Source of the DNA: Mobula hypostoma
Taxonomy: Eukaryota
Direction: 5' to 3'
DNA length: 64,000 nucleotides
Assembly: GCF_963921235.1 (NCBI RefSeq)
Contig: NC_086098.1
Coordinates: 1,798,001 to 1,862,000, forward strand
Part shown: positions 11,186 through 24,666 of the stretch, in pieces
Layout of the letters: every line of letters starts with the position of its first letter
Numbering within the stretch: position 1 is the stretch's first letter
The notes under the pieces: generated by a model
Database searches by the model: none
What the model saw: the letters and a program-made list of their open reading frames with translations, nothing else
Told to the model about the DNA's origin: nothing
Program-made: the position numbers and the translations under genes

Positions 11186-11984
11186 ACAGCATGGTAACAG
11201 GTGCTTCCAGCCCTATGAGCCTGTGCCACCCAATTATACCATGCGACCAATTAACCTACTCACCCGCACGGCTTTGGAACCACAAGAGCCAGAGAAAGCC
11301 CACGTAAATACGCCAATTAAAGCCATCTCCCATGTGCGTGTCTGCATATACTTGATATGTAGTTGATCTACCCGTGACCATGGCAACTTAACGGTAAGTG
11401 TAATGTTATTACAGTGACAGTGATCCAGGTTCAATTCCCACCTCTGGCTGTTTTCTGTCTATCTCCAGCATGTCCTCAGACTCAAATAGAGCATTTCTCT
11501 GTGTGTTTCGATGTACGTGTGACAAATCTATCTTTTTCTTTCTCAGCAGGTCTGATCAGAGCTCCAGCCTGTGGTGCGTGGCACTCACATTAGATTGTTA
11601 ATATGAGCTAATGTTGTTTCTCTTGAATAATCATATCTCTTTCTTCCATTAGCTTAATGACCAATGGATCTGAAGGAAATCTCTGATTGGCCCTTTGTCA
11701 TTCAACATTATTATGTTGAAGGGATTTAAAGTACTGACATTTCCCAAATACAGATACTGTAATCTGATTGTGATAAATTCATGGAATATTCAGCACAGGA
11801 AATAACCATTCAGGCCATTGAGTCCATGTTGACTGAGAGGTCTCTCTATGTTAATCCCATTTGCCTGCATTTGGCCCATATCCCTCCATAGCTTTCTTAT
11901 CTATGTATCTATCCAAATTCCTTTAAAACATAATTCTAACTGCCTCTACCCATGGTTTTTACTTCAAACCTACTTTATTCAGAA

Positions 11985-12535
11985 TCAAAGTATTGAGTAC
12001 AGGAGATGGGACATTAAGTTGAAGTTGTATAAGATGTCAGAGAGGCCTAATTTTGAGTTTTGTGTGCAGTTCTGGTCACCTATCTACAAGAAAAATGTAA
12101 ATAATGTTGAAAAAGTGCAGAGAAAATTTACAAGGATGTCACTGGATCTGGAGGATGTGAGTTATAGGGAAAGAATGAATAGGTTAGAACGATGTTCCTC
12201 TGAATTTAGAAGATTGAAAGAAGATTTGATAAAGATATCAAAAGTTATGAGGGGTCTAAACAAAGTAAATGCAAGCTGGCTTTTTCCACTGAGGTTGGGT
12301 GGGACTACAACCAGAGATTATGGGTTAAGTGTGAAAGATGAAAAGTTTAAGGGGAATATGAGGGGGAACTTCTTCACTCAGAGGGTTGTGAGAGTGTGGA
12401 ATGAGCTGCAAAAGCCAGTAGTGCATGAAAGCTCAACTTCAACATTTAAGAGAAGCTTGGATATGGAGGGCTATGGTCCCGGTGCAAGTTGATGGGAGTA
12501 GGCAGTTTAAATATCTCGGCTAGACTAGATGGCCA
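11985..12535 (+). mobile_element. CR1 LINE 3' fragment
   Basis: ORF 11848-12492 reads FCVQFWSP...VQRKFTRM...NFFTQRVVRVWNEL. Confidence 0.9.
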
Positions 12536-12675
12536 AAAACTCCAAGTGTGACATCACCAAATTTTTGCACAACCATAACGTCCCAATTTTTGCACAACCA
12601 TAACATAACGTCCCAAAAACTCCAAGTGTGACATAACCAAATTTTTGCACAACCATAACATAACGCCCCAACTCT
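12533..12675. repeat. Complex local tandem duplication inside a CR1 remnant
   Basis: ccaaaaactccaagtgtgacat occurs twice and aatttttgcacaaccataac three times. Confidence 0.8.
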
Positions 12676-13974
12676 TCTACTCAATATCTCAGCTAATGAA
12701 GGCAAGACACCCTGTGCTTTCTTCACCACACTGTCTACATGTGCTCCCACTTGTAGGGTATGATATACTTATTCCCCAAGCTGTCTCTGTTCACCAGCTC
12801 TCCAGGGTCCTGTCATTCATTGTACATCTCCTGCACTGGTTTAATTTCCCGAATTCCCGTGTTCCAATTGCCCATGTTAGTTCCATCCAGCATTCCCATG
12901 CCCACTGTCCCAATTGAACTAAATCCTAAACAACCACCTTCACCACCCATTAATTTCGGTGTCTTGCCTAGCCTTACTAATTAATCAAGCCATTTACACT
13001 CTCATGCTGTGCTGGTGCCAGAATGTGGGATACCCCCACCAAAACATCCTTAGGTCACGTTGGTTGTTAACACCGAGACATTCGCTGGATGTCTTGATGT
13101 ACATGCTCAAAGTTTATTATCGAAGTATGTATACATTATACAACCTTGAGATTTATCTTCTTCCACACAGCTGCAAAACGAAGAAGTCCAAAAGAACCCA
13201 TGAGAAAAGATAATCAAACATCCAACGTGCAGAGAGAAAGAAGGAATACAAATCGTGTAAACAATAAAAGCAAGCAAATAGCATACGGAAGAAAAGTGAA
13301 TCCATCGGCACCGGAGCAGGCGACAGCTTCAGCCTCAGCCTGCGCTCAGTGCAGAGTAAACGTCACAGAGCCTGGAGCAGCTGGAGTAGTCCTCAGTTCC
13401 TGTGTTCAATTCAACTCAGCTCAAGTGATAAGTAAATGAGTCTCAGCCTGAAATCATTAATATGAATGACAACAGTAGAGGAGACAGCAATGATCCTTGA
13501 AGCAGAGAACGGGTCTATGCTGTTACTGTTCGCCTCCTACCATGAAGCCAATTCGTGATCGAATTTGCTAACTCACTTTGGATCTGTTCCAGTCCAGCCT
13601 ACCATACGGGACTTTGTCAAAGGGTTTGCCAAAGCCCACACAGAAAATGACCACCACCCCTGCCCTGATTAATTGCCTTGCTCACCTCTAGGTAACCAAG
13701 TTTTTGTCTCAGTAAGCTAGTTTTAGTTGTCACACGTACATCAAAACATACAGTGAAATGTGTCATTTATGTCAAATCCAAACGATTGAGGATGAGCAGC
13801 TCACAAGTGTCACTACACTTCCAGCACCAGCCCAGCACACTCACATGCTCACTCACCCGAAGCCTTATGTCCTTGGAATGGGGGAGGAAACCAGAGCACT
13901 TATAGGAAGCTCACATGGTTACGAGGAGAATGTACGTACAAACCCTTTAAAGACACCGGTTGGAAATAACCATA

Positions 13975-14510
13975 TAATTATATAACAATTACAGCACGGA
14001 AACAGGCCATCTCAGCCCTTCTAATCCGTGCTGAACTCTTACTCTCACCTAGTCCCACTGACCTGCACTCAGCCCATAACCCTCCATTCCTTTCCTGTCC
14101 ATATACTTATCCAATTTAACTTTAAACGACAACATCGAACCTGCCTCTACCACTTCTGCTGGAAGCTCGTTCCACACAGCTACCACTCTCTGAGTAAAGA
14201 AGTTCCCCCTCATGTTACCCCTAAACTTTTGCCCTTTAACTCTCAACTCACGTCCTCTTGTTTGAATCTCCCCCACTCTCAATGGAAAAAGCCTATCCAC
14301 GTCAACTCTATCTATCCCCTTCATAATTTTAAATACCTCTATCAAGCCCCCCCTCAACCTTCTACATTCCAAAGAATAAAGACCCAACTTGTTCAACCTT
14401 TCTCTGTAACTTAGGTGATGAAACCCAGGTAACATTCTAGTAAATTTCTCTGTACTCTCTCTATTTTGTTGACATCTTTCCTATAATTCGGTGACCAAAA
14501 CTGTACACAG
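13975..14510 (-). mobile_element. CR1 LINE 3' fragment
   Basis: ORF 14049-14435 reads LPGFHHLSYRERLNKLGLYSLECRRLRG...FFTQRVV. Confidence 0.92.
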
Positions 14511-15577
14511 AAATGAACCTTGATCAGTGATTACTGGCACTGTAATAGCATCATGCTAACTGCTATGCTACCGTACTACACAGAAAAATGTGACTTGTCA
14601 CTCACAAAGCCATGCTGACTATCCCTAACCAGTCCTTTCCTCACTAAACGCTATTCAATTCTTCCCTTCCAATACAGCCCAACACTGATACAAGACTCTC
14701 CAGCCTGTAGTTTCCTGGCACAATATTACCCATCCTCCAGTCTCCCAGATCCTCAACTGTAGCTAACAAAGAGAAAAACATAGCTACCAAAGCCCTAGCA
14801 ACCTCATCTCATTACATTGATCTCAGAGTAGGTTAAAAGGCTGGCACAACACTGTGGGTTGAAGGGCCTGTACTGTGCTGGAATGTTCCATGTTCTGTAT
14901 TTGTGCTTCCCGTAATATCCTAGGATACACCCGGTCAGACCCCAGAAACATCTTTTTTTTTGTATTTTAAGACCCCCATCACCTCCACCTTTTGTAAATT
15001 TAGATATGGCCATTATATCATAGCTCCCTTTCCAGAACTCACTGTTCCATGTCCTACCTCACTGGAAAGACAGTGAGAAGTATTCACTTAAGACTTTGTC
15101 AATTCCATCTTTCAACACTGATCTCTAAGGGAGCCTACCTTCTCGCTAGCTACCCTTTTGCTCTTAATACACTTATAGAATCTTTTAGTATTCTCCTTTA
15201 TTTTGTCAGATATGAAATCGTTTATAGATATAACATTCATTTCTGGAATGACTTTTTAGTTTGTGATATCAAAACTCTGAATGTTGAAGCTTTACTAACC
15301 ACTAAAGAAGATTAATATCTCTGTTGGAGGAACTCGAATTTTTATCAGCCTCAGCCCTACACAATGGAATACAAGGACAATATTTATGCCCAGAAATCTG
15401 AATGCAGTACACCGTTTCTAACAGACTCGTGCGATTTTGAACACTGCCTCTCTTTATACTTATTATTTTCAATACTTATTACTGTAACTCATAGTATTTT
15501 TTTGTATTTCACTGTACTACTGTTGCAAAACAACAAAAATCATGACCTACATTCAGTGGTCACTTTATTAGTTACCT

Positions 15578-18500
15578 CTAGTCACTAGACACTAGAATAC
15601 TACAGCACAGTACAGGCCCTTCGGCCCTCGATATTGTGCCGACCCATATATTCCTTTAAAAATACGTATTAAACCCACGCTACCCCGTAACCCTCTATTT
15701 TTCTTTTTTCCATGTGCCTGTCCAAGAGGTTTTTAAATACGCCTAATTGTTTTAGCCTCCACCACCATCCCTGGCAAGTCATTCCAGGCACCCACAACCC
15801 TCTGTGTAAAAAACTTACCCCTGATGTCTCCCTAAACTTCCCTCCCTTAACTTTATACATATGCCCTCTGGTGTTTGCTATTCCTGCCCTGGGAAACAGG
15901 TAGTGGCTATCCACCCTGTCTATGCCTCTCATAATCTTGTAGACCTCTATCAAGCCCCCTCTCATCCTTCTACGCTCTAAAGAGAAAAGTCCCAGCTCTG
16001 CTAACCTTGCCTCATAAGAATTGTTTTCCAATCCAGGCAACATCCTGGTAAATCTCCTCTGCACCCTCTCCATAGCTTCCACATCCTTACTATAATGAGG
16101 TGACCAGAACTGAACACAATACTCTAAGTGTGGTCTCACCAGAGATTTGTAGAGTTGCAACATGACCTCTCTACTCTTGAACTCAATCCCCCTAATAATG
16201 AAGCCTAGCATCCCATAGGCCTTCTTAACTATCCTATGAACCTGTGCAGCAACCTTGAGGGATGTATGGATTTGAACCCCAAGGTCCCTCTGTTCATCCA
16301 CACTCTTAAGTAATCGACCATTAACCCTGTACTCAGCCTTTTGGTTTGTCCTTCCAAAATGCAACACCTCACACTTATCTGAATTGAACTCCATCTGCCA
16401 CTTTTCTGCCCAACTCTGCATCCTGTCTATATCCTCTTGTAACCTTCGAGAAACTACAGCTCCATCCACAGCTCCTCCAATTTTCGTGTCATCTGCAAAC
16501 TTACTCACCCATCCTTCCGCCTCTTCATCCAGGTCATTTATAAAACTCACAAAGAGCAGGGGTCCCAGGACAGATCCTTGCAGCATCTACTAGGCACTGA
16601 CTTCCCTTCCACTACTACCCTCTACTGTCTTCCTTTAAGCCAATTTTTTTTATCCAAACAGCCAAGGTTCCACTGATCCCATGCCTCATGACTTTCTTGA
16701 TGAATCTCTCATGGGGGACCTTGTCAAATGCCTTGCTAAAATCCATGTAGACCACATCTACTGCCCTACCTTCATCAATTTCTTTTTTTTACCTCTCCAA
16801 AAAACTCAATTAGGCTCGTGAGGCACGACCTTCCCTTCACAAAGCCATGTTGACTATCCTTGAGTAGACTGTACTTCTCCAAGCTTCCGTAGATCCTATT
16901 CTTAAGAATCCTTTCCAATAGTTTGCAGACCACCGACGTAAGACTCACTGGTTTCTAGTTCCCAGGATTCTCCCTATTACATTTTTAAACAAGGGAACTA
17001 CATTTGCCATTCTCCAATCCTCCGGCACTTCCCCTACAGCCAAAGAGGATTCAAAGATCATAGCTACTGCTCCAGCGATCTCTTCTCTCACTTCCCACAG
17101 CAACCTGGGGTATATCACGTCCGGCCCTTGGGACTTATCAATCTTGATGTTTTTAAGAAGATCCAACACTTCTTCTTCCTTAATCTCCACATTGTCCAGC
17201 ACACTGGCCTGTTCTATTTCGACCTCTCCCTGATCAAGGTCCTTTTCACTTGTGAATACTGAAGCCAAGTATTCATTTAGGACTCCCCAACCTCCTCCAC
17301 CTCCAAGCACATGTTGCCTTCTTTATCCTTTAGCAGCCCCACCCTCATTCTTGTCATCCTTCTGTTCTTCACATACGCATAGAACGCCTTGGGGTTCTCC
17401 TTAATCCTACATGCCAAGGCCTTCTCATGCCCCCTTCGAGCTCTCCTAAGTCCTTTATTAAGCTTCTTCCTGGCTACCCTATATTTCTCATGAGCCCCTC
17501 CTGCTTCCTGCTTCTTATAGCTAACATATGCTTCCTTCTTCCTCTTGACAAGTTGCCTCACGTGTTTTGTCAGCCACAGTTCCCTTTTCCTACCATTTTT
17601 TCCTTGTCAAAGTGGGACAAACCTATCCTGAACCCAGCACAAGTGATCCCTAAACTTCCTCCACATTACTTCTGTGCTTTCACCCTTGAACGTCTGTTTC
17701 CAATTTACTCTCGCTAGTTCCTGCCTCATCCCTTCATAGTTAGCCCTTCCCCAGTTAAGCACTTTCCCATTTTGTCTGTTTTGATCCTTTTCCATAGCTA
17801 TGCTGAAGCTAAGGGAGTTGTGGTCACTCTCACCAAAATGCTCCCCCACCAAGAGGTCTGCCACCTGACCAGGTTCATTACCCAGAACTAGATCCAGTAT
17901 GGCCTCTCCTCTCGTCGGCCGGTCCACACACTGTGTCAGGAATCCTTCTTGAACACACCTGACAAATTCAGCCCCATCTATCCCCCTTGCAGTCAGGAGG
18001 TGTCAGTCAATATGAGGGAAGTTGAAATCACCCATAACTATAATCCTGTATTTCTTGCACCATTCTAAAATCTGCCTACTTATCTGCTCCTTGGTGTCCC
18101 GAGGGCTATTTGGGGGCCTATAGACTACTCCCAGCACAGTGATTGATCCCTTCCTATTTCTGACTTCCAACCACACCGACTCAGTGGACACTTCCTCTGC
18201 AGTGTCCTCCCTTTCTATAGCCGTGATACTATCCCTGACCAGTGATGCTAACCTCCCCGCCTTTCTATCTCTCATCCTATTCCTTTAAAAACACCTAAAC
18301 CCCGGTATCTGTATCAGCCAATCCTGCCCTTCCTCCGGTAACGGCCACAACATCGTAGTTCCATGTACTGATCCATGCTCTAAGTTCATCCCCTTCATTT
18401 CTAATACTACTAGCGTTGAAATAGACACATTTCAACCCCTCTAACTGGCTACATTTATGTTTTGTCCCTGCCTGTCCTTCTTCACTAACTCAGAACACAC

Positions 18501-18870
18501 AGCATCATGCCCTTGTCCTTCTACCCTAATCTCTGCACTCCCATTCTGATTCCCACCCCCCCCCGCCAAACTAGTTTAAACCCTCCCCAATAGCTCTAGC
18601 AAACCTACCCCCCAGGATATTGGTCCCTTTCCAGTTCAGGTGCAGCCTGTCTTTTTTGTACAGGTCAGACCTTCCCCAGAAGAGATCCCAATGATCCAGA
18701 AATCTGAACCCCTGCCCCCTGCACCAACTCTTCAGCCACACATTCATCTGCCAGAACTTCCTGTTCCTACCCTCTCTGTCTCGTGGCACAGGCAGCAATC
18801 CCGAGATTATCACCCTTGAGGTCCTTGCTTTTTAACTTCTTTCCTAACGCCTTATATTCCTCCTTCATAA
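15578..18870 (-). mobile_element. CR1 LINE: ORF1 esterase end plus disrupted ORF2 (APE and RT)
   Basis: 18571-18813 IISGLLPVP...DRLHLN (SGNH esterase); 18003-18275 and 17607-17927 APE (YRPP, GDFN, SDH); 15669-16586 RT (QGSVLGP, KFADD). Confidence 0.93.
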
Positions 18871-19872
18871 TAAAACCTCCTTTACACAATAAAGTGACTA
18901 CTGAGTGTGCTGTACATGTGATAAATCAAAGAATCTGAATCTGATCCCAGGTTCTAATCCTATAACTTCACTTCTCTTCCATCTCTCTCCCTTCTCTCAA
19001 TCACTACTTTTTCTACAATGAAACCAGCACCCAAGATCAGGATACAGTCTACAGTCGGGGCCCTTGACCAGAATGGTTAATTGCACCCCACTGCACTGCC
19101 CAGTTAACTATTTGGATGAACTGAGATTTCTAATGTAGAATATTCACATTCATCGATAGGTTAAAATGATTTCGCTGTAGGATACGTTTAGTAATTGATT
19201 AAAAGAAAATGATGAAAGTAGTGTATTAATTCAAATCAAAAATTTATCTTGAGAATAGGGTGAGAGGGGAAATGAATTAGAATCAGACTTACTAACCCTG
19301 ACAGACTACGGTAGGTTGGGAAATTTGTACAGTGCATTGGATAAAATATGCTATAAATAACAATAAGAATTATTTATATATATTAGTGCAAGACGAGAAC
19401 AATAGTAGTGAGGTCATGTTGATGGGTCCAGGGGCTGTTCAGAAATCTGATGGCAGAGGGGAAGAAGCTGTTCCTGAAATGCTGAATGTCTTTAAATGTG
19501 TATTTTCTGATGCCAGTAATGAGAGGACTCCCAAGATATATCTCCATTGTTCTAAGAAAGACTATATAATATTAGTATTCTCTAATTAAAGCTCTACACA
19601 ATAGGAAGCAATGATAAACATGTGAGAACTGTAATTTATATGGGCTTTTTATGAATAAGTAACTAAAATAATTAGTTTTTGTAACTAAATTATATAATTA
19701 TTGAGTGTAGTTTTGGAGCAATAGAATTTTTCTTAAACCGAAACAACTTCATTAAGTGAACTTGAAGATGATCATATACCAAAGAAACCTGGCTTGTTGG
19801 TTCTTAAACCATTATTCACATTAAGCATTTTTAAATATTGTTCTGTGCACGTTATTTCAGCTACACTCTTAC

Positions 19873-20023
19873 TCACTCATCCTTCAGTTAGTCCTGACGA
19901 AGGGTCTCGGCCTGAAACGTCGACTGCACCTCTTCCTAGAGATGCTGCCTGGCCTGCTGCGTTCACCAGCAACTTTGATGTGTGTTGCTTGAATTTCCAG
20001 CATCTCCAGAATTCCTGTTGTTA
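19873..20023 (+). mobile_element. About 150-bp PLE-terminus insertion with 10-bp TSD
   Basis: ACACTCTTAC at 19863-19872 and 20024-20033; body equals the PLE terminal repeat seen at 28716-28845 and 29335-29425. Confidence 0.8.
19889..19926 (+). ncRNA. Minimal type I hammerhead ribozyme motif (PLE-type)
   Basis: AGTC-CTGACGA-AGG(GTCTCGG)CCT-GAAAC-GTC-GACT: helix I AGTC/GACT, intact CUGAnGA and GAAA cores, GUC cleavage triplet, loopless palindromic helix III (ACGT). Confidence 0.75.
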
Positions 20024-20344
20024 ACACTCTTACAAAGTAGTCTTTCCCTGACTGAGTCTAGCCGGAGTGACTACGTGTGTAATTGGTTGCTATGTATGCA
20101 AGAGAGTTTAAAGTACTTTCTTAATTCATAGTATCCCTTGGGCCTGGTGAAATGCAAGTCCTTTGAAGGGCAAAAGCTTCTGTAGAAGTATCATGTTCAC
20201 AAGGGGTGGCTTTTGCCATCCAGAGGACACATCTGTGGTATCTCTCCATTTGAAATAAAGCCCACAATGTGGGGTTGTGGACTCCTTCCTGAAGAAAAGG
20301 CCAAAATAAAAATCAGAAGAAAGATGAAAAAAGTTGAGATGATA

Positions 20345-21946
20345 CATACACCTCCCATCCATGTATCTGTCCAATTTATTCTTAAATGTTAAAAAAGAAC
20401 CCGCATTTACCACCTCGTCTGGCAGCTCATTCCATACTCCCACCACTCTCTATGTGAAGAAGCACCCCCTAATGTTCCCTTTAAACTTTTCCCCCCTCAC
20501 CCTTAACCAATGTCCTCTGGTTTTTTTCTCCCCCTGCCTCAGTGGAAAAAGCCTGCTTGCATTCACTCTATCTATACCCATCATAATTTTATATACCTCT
20601 ATCAAATCTCCCCTCATTCTTCTACGCTCCAGGCAATAAAGTCCTAACCTATTCAACCTTTCTCTGTAAACCTTCTTTGCACTCTTTCAACCTTATTTAT
20701 ATCCTTCCTGTAATTTGGTGACCAAAACTGAACACAATACTCCAGATTCGGCCTCACCAATGCCTTATACAACCTCATCATAACATTCCAGCTCTTATAC
20801 TCAATACTTCGATTGATAAAGGCCAATGTACCAAAAGCTCTCTTTACGACCCTATCTACCTGTGACGCCACTTTTAGAGAATTTTGTATCTGTATTCCCA
20901 GATCCCTCTGCTGCACTGCACTCCTCAGTGCCTTACCATTAACCCTGTATGTTCTACGTTGGTTTGTCCTTCCAACGTGCAATACCTCACACTTGTCGGT
21001 ATTAAACTCCATCTGCCATTTTTCAGCCCATTTTTCCAGCTGGTCCAAGTCCCTCTGCAAGCTCTGAAAACCTACCTCACTATCTACTGCACCTCCAATC
21101 TTTGTATCATCAGCAAACTTGCTGATCCAATTTACCACATTATCATCCAGATCATTGATATAGATGACAAATAACAATGGACCCAGCACTGATCCCTGTG
21201 GCACACCACTAGTCACAGGCCTCCACTCAGAGAAGCAATTCTCTACCACCACTCTCTGGCTTCTTCCATCGAGCCAATGTCTAATCCAATTTACCACCTC
21301 TCCATGTCTACCTAGCCACTGAATTTTCCTAACTAACCTCCCATGCGGGACCTTGTCAAAGGCCTTACTGAAGTCCATGTAGACAATATCCACTGCCTTC
21401 CCTTCATCCACTTTCCTGGTAACCTCCTCGAAATACTCCAACAGATTGGTCAAACATGACCTACCACGCACAAAGCCATGTTGACTCTCCCTAATAAACC
21501 CCTGTCTATCCAAATGCTTGTAGATTCTGTCTCTTAGTACTCCCTCCAATAACTTACCTACTACTGACGTTAAACTCACCGGCCTATAATTTCCCGGATT
21601 ACTTTTCAATCCTTTTTAAACAATGGAACAACATGAGCCACTCTCCAATCCTCCGGCACTTCACCCGTAGACAGCGACATTTTAAATATTTCTGCCAGGG
21701 CCCCCGCAATTTCGACACTAGTCTCCTTCAAGGTCCGAGGGAACACTCTATCAGGTCCCGGGGATTTATCCACTTTAATTTTCCTCAAGACAGCAAGCAC
21801 CTCCTCCTTTTCAATCTGTACAGTTTCCATGGTCTCACTACTTGATTCCCTCAATTCCATAGATTTCATGCCAGCTTCCTTAGTAAATACAGACGCAAAA
21901 AACCTATTTAAGATCTCCCCCATTTCCTTTGGTTCCGCACAAAGCC
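20345..21946 (-). mobile_element. 5'-truncated CR1 ORF2 (RT)
   Basis: ORFs 21606-21923, 20653-21609 (NYRPVSLTS, DFSKAFD, QGSVLGP, KFADD) and 20450-20656. Confidence 0.95.
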
Positions 21947-22189
21947 AGACTTGAATTTATCCAGCTCCTTTTTGAACATTACTATTGAACCCGCTGGCTC
22001 CAGAACTTCTGGAAGCGAACCTAACTATTGACTCCGTAAGGTTTATGTTTTTCTCGTATCACTTCTTCGTTCACTGTTCTCACTGGTCCACTGGTTCTTC
22101 ACCCTTCTGCCCATGGAAGAGTTTCGCTCCAGTTTTTTTATTTTTTATTTCTGTTTAGCACTACCTTTTAAATTTGATTACATGCCTAT

Positions 22190-23465
22190 TTATAGAATGA
22201 AAAGTAAAGTTAATAAGTGCAGGGAACTTTGGATTTCAAGTGATATTGAGGGCTCGGTAAAGAGAGAAAAGGAGGTGAATAGCAGGTGTAGGCAGGTAGG
22301 AACAAATTGGGTGTTCACAAGAACTGCCAGAGAACACAAAAGAAATCGGGGGGTCTAACAGAAGTCACGAGGTTGCCTAACGGAAGATCCAGAACTGGCT
22401 TGCCCACAGAAGGTAAAGTGTGGTTGTAGACAGGTTATATTCCGCATGGAGGTTGGCGACCAATGGTGTGCCTCAGGGATCTGTTCTGGGACCCCTTCTC
22501 TTCGTGGTTTTTATAAAGGACCTGGATGAGGAAGTGGAGGGACGGGTTAGTAAGTTTGCTGATGACACTAAGGTTGGGGGTGTTGTGGATAGTGTGGAGG
22601 GCTGTCAGAGGTTACAGCAGGGCATTGATAGGATGCAAAACTGGCTTGAGAAGTGGCAGATGGACTTCAACCCAGATAAGTGTGGGGTAGTTCACTTTGG
22701 TAGGTCAATTATGATGGCACAATACAGAAATAATGGTAAGACTCTTGGGAGTGTGGAGGATCAGAGGGATCTTGGGGTCTGAATCCATAGGACACTCAAA
22801 GCTGCTGCGCAGGTTGACCCTGTGGTTAAGAAGGCATACAGTGCATTGGCCTTCATCAATCGTGGGATTGAGTTTAAGAGCTGTGAGGTAATATTGCAGC
22901 TATATGGGACCCTGATCAGGCCCCACTTGGAGTACTGTGCTCTGTGCTGGTCACCTCACTACAGGAATGATGTGGAAACTATTGAAAGGGTGCAGAGGAG
23001 ATTTACAAGGATGTTGCCTGGATTGGGGATCATTCCTTACGAGAATAGGTTGAGTGAACGCGGCCTTTTCTCCTTGAAGCAACGTAGGATGAGAGGTGAC
23101 CAGATCGAGGTGTATACTAAAATGATGAGAGGCATTGATCGTGTGGATTGTCAGTTGGTTTTTCCCAGGGCTGAAATGGCTAATGCGAAAGGGCACAGTT
23201 TTAAGGTGCCTGGAAGTAGGTACAGAGGAGATGTTAGGGGTAATTTATTTTTTACACAGGGAGTGGTGAGTGCGTGGAATGGGCTGCTGGTGACAGTGGT
23301 GGAGGTGGATATGATGGGGTCTTTTAAGAGAGTCCTGGATAGGTACATGGAGCTTAGAAAAATAGAGGGCTATGGGTAGCCTTAGGTAATATCTAAGTAA
23401 GTACATGTTCACAGCATTGTGGGCCAAAGGGCCTGTATTGTGCTGTAGGTTTTCTATGTTTCTTT
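22190..23465 (+). mobile_element. CR1 ORF2 3' part and 3'UTR
   Basis: ORFs 22420-22782 (GVPQGSVLGP, KFADD) and 22822-23379; tttctatg tail. Confidence 0.92.
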
Positions 23466-23537
23466 GTCATGTTGAAGATGCTTAAGACATTTCAGAGGCC
23501 TAAATTGGAGTATTGCATTCAATTTTGATCACCTACC

Positions 23538-23970
23538 TGTGGGCATGAGCATTAATTTCTCTCATTTCCAGTAGTTCCTCACTTCTAACTCTTTTCTTTT
23601 CTTATTCCCCTTTCTGGCTCTCATCATACCAGCTCTACTCCTCACCTGCCTATCACCTCGCTTTGATGCCCCTCCTCCTGCTTTCCTCTACAGCCGTTTA
23701 CCCTTTGCACCCATCACCTCCCAGATTCTCATAACATCCACCCTCCCTAACTAAACATCTTCCCCCTCATCTGGTCTCACAAATCTCCTGCCAGCTTGTA
23801 AGCCTTACCCTGCCCCTACCTTTTCATTCTGGCTTCTGACCTCTTCCTTACTCAGCCTGAATATATTGTCTGTTTACTCCTCTTCTTAGATGCTGCCTGA
23901 CCTGTTGAGTTCCTCCAGCATTTTGTGTGTGTTACTTGGTATTTCCAGCATCTGCACAATCGCTTGTGTT
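23538..23970 (+). mobile_element. Degenerate Penelope-like 3' region
   Basis: GMxIxFS ORF end (gggcatgagcattaatttctct), pyrimidine-rich spacer and terminus gatgctgcctgacctgttgagttcctccagcattttgtgtgtgtt. Confidence 0.7.
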
Positions 23971-24359
23971 CTGGATTGGGATGAGTTGAATTCTTACTTA
24001 CTATACAAATGCAGAAATTTCACGTTGTTCGGTGCATTTCAGAAGGTGAACCTGTGGCAGAGCTATGGTAGAAGTGCGCATCTTGGAGAGGGGCTTTTGG
24101 AATATTTGGAAGACCTCGTACAGGATTTCCTAACGGTTAATTTGCAGGTTGAGTTCGCGGTAAGGAAGGTAAATCCAAGGGGACGAGAATATAAAAGCAA
24201 GAATGTAAATTTGAGGAATTGGTGAGGTTTCACTTGGAGTATTGTGAGCAGTTTTAAACATAGAACACAGATAAACCTACAGCACAATACAGGCCCTTCG
24301 GCCCACTATGCTGTGTCGAACATGTACTTACTTTAGAAATTACCTAGTGGTACCTAGTA

Positions 24360-24666
24360 GGCACGTGGCCAAGTGGTTAAGGCATTGAACTAGCGACCTG
24401 AAGGTTGTGAGTTTGAGCCCTAGTCGAGGGAACGTGTTGTATCCTTGAGCAAGGCACTTAATCACACATTGCTCTGCGACGATGCTGGTGCCAAGCTGTA
24501 TTGGCCCTTGCCCTTCCCTTGGACAACATTGGTGTCGTGGAGAGGGGAGACTTGCAGCATGGGCAGCTGCTGGTCTTCCATACAACCTTGCCCAGGCCTG
24601 CGCCCTGGAGAGTGAAGACTTTCCAGATGCAGATCAATGGTCTCGCAAGACTAATGGATGCCTTTA
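24360..24666 (+). mobile_element. tRNA-derived SINE
   Basis: A box TGGCCAAGTGG 24366-76; B-box-like GTTTGAGCC 24411-19; tccttgagcaaggcacttaa core shared with 60299-60538; inserted in a CR1 3' end. Confidence 0.85.

Noticed and set aside
24360..24430. Functional tRNA gene (also 60470-60538)
   Set aside because: These are SINE heads: no proper acceptor stem, and they are followed by SINE core and tail.
24470..24550. Twister-like motif (ggtgccaagc) in the SINE body
   Set aside because: I could not place the P1/P2 helices and the two pseudoknot partners.
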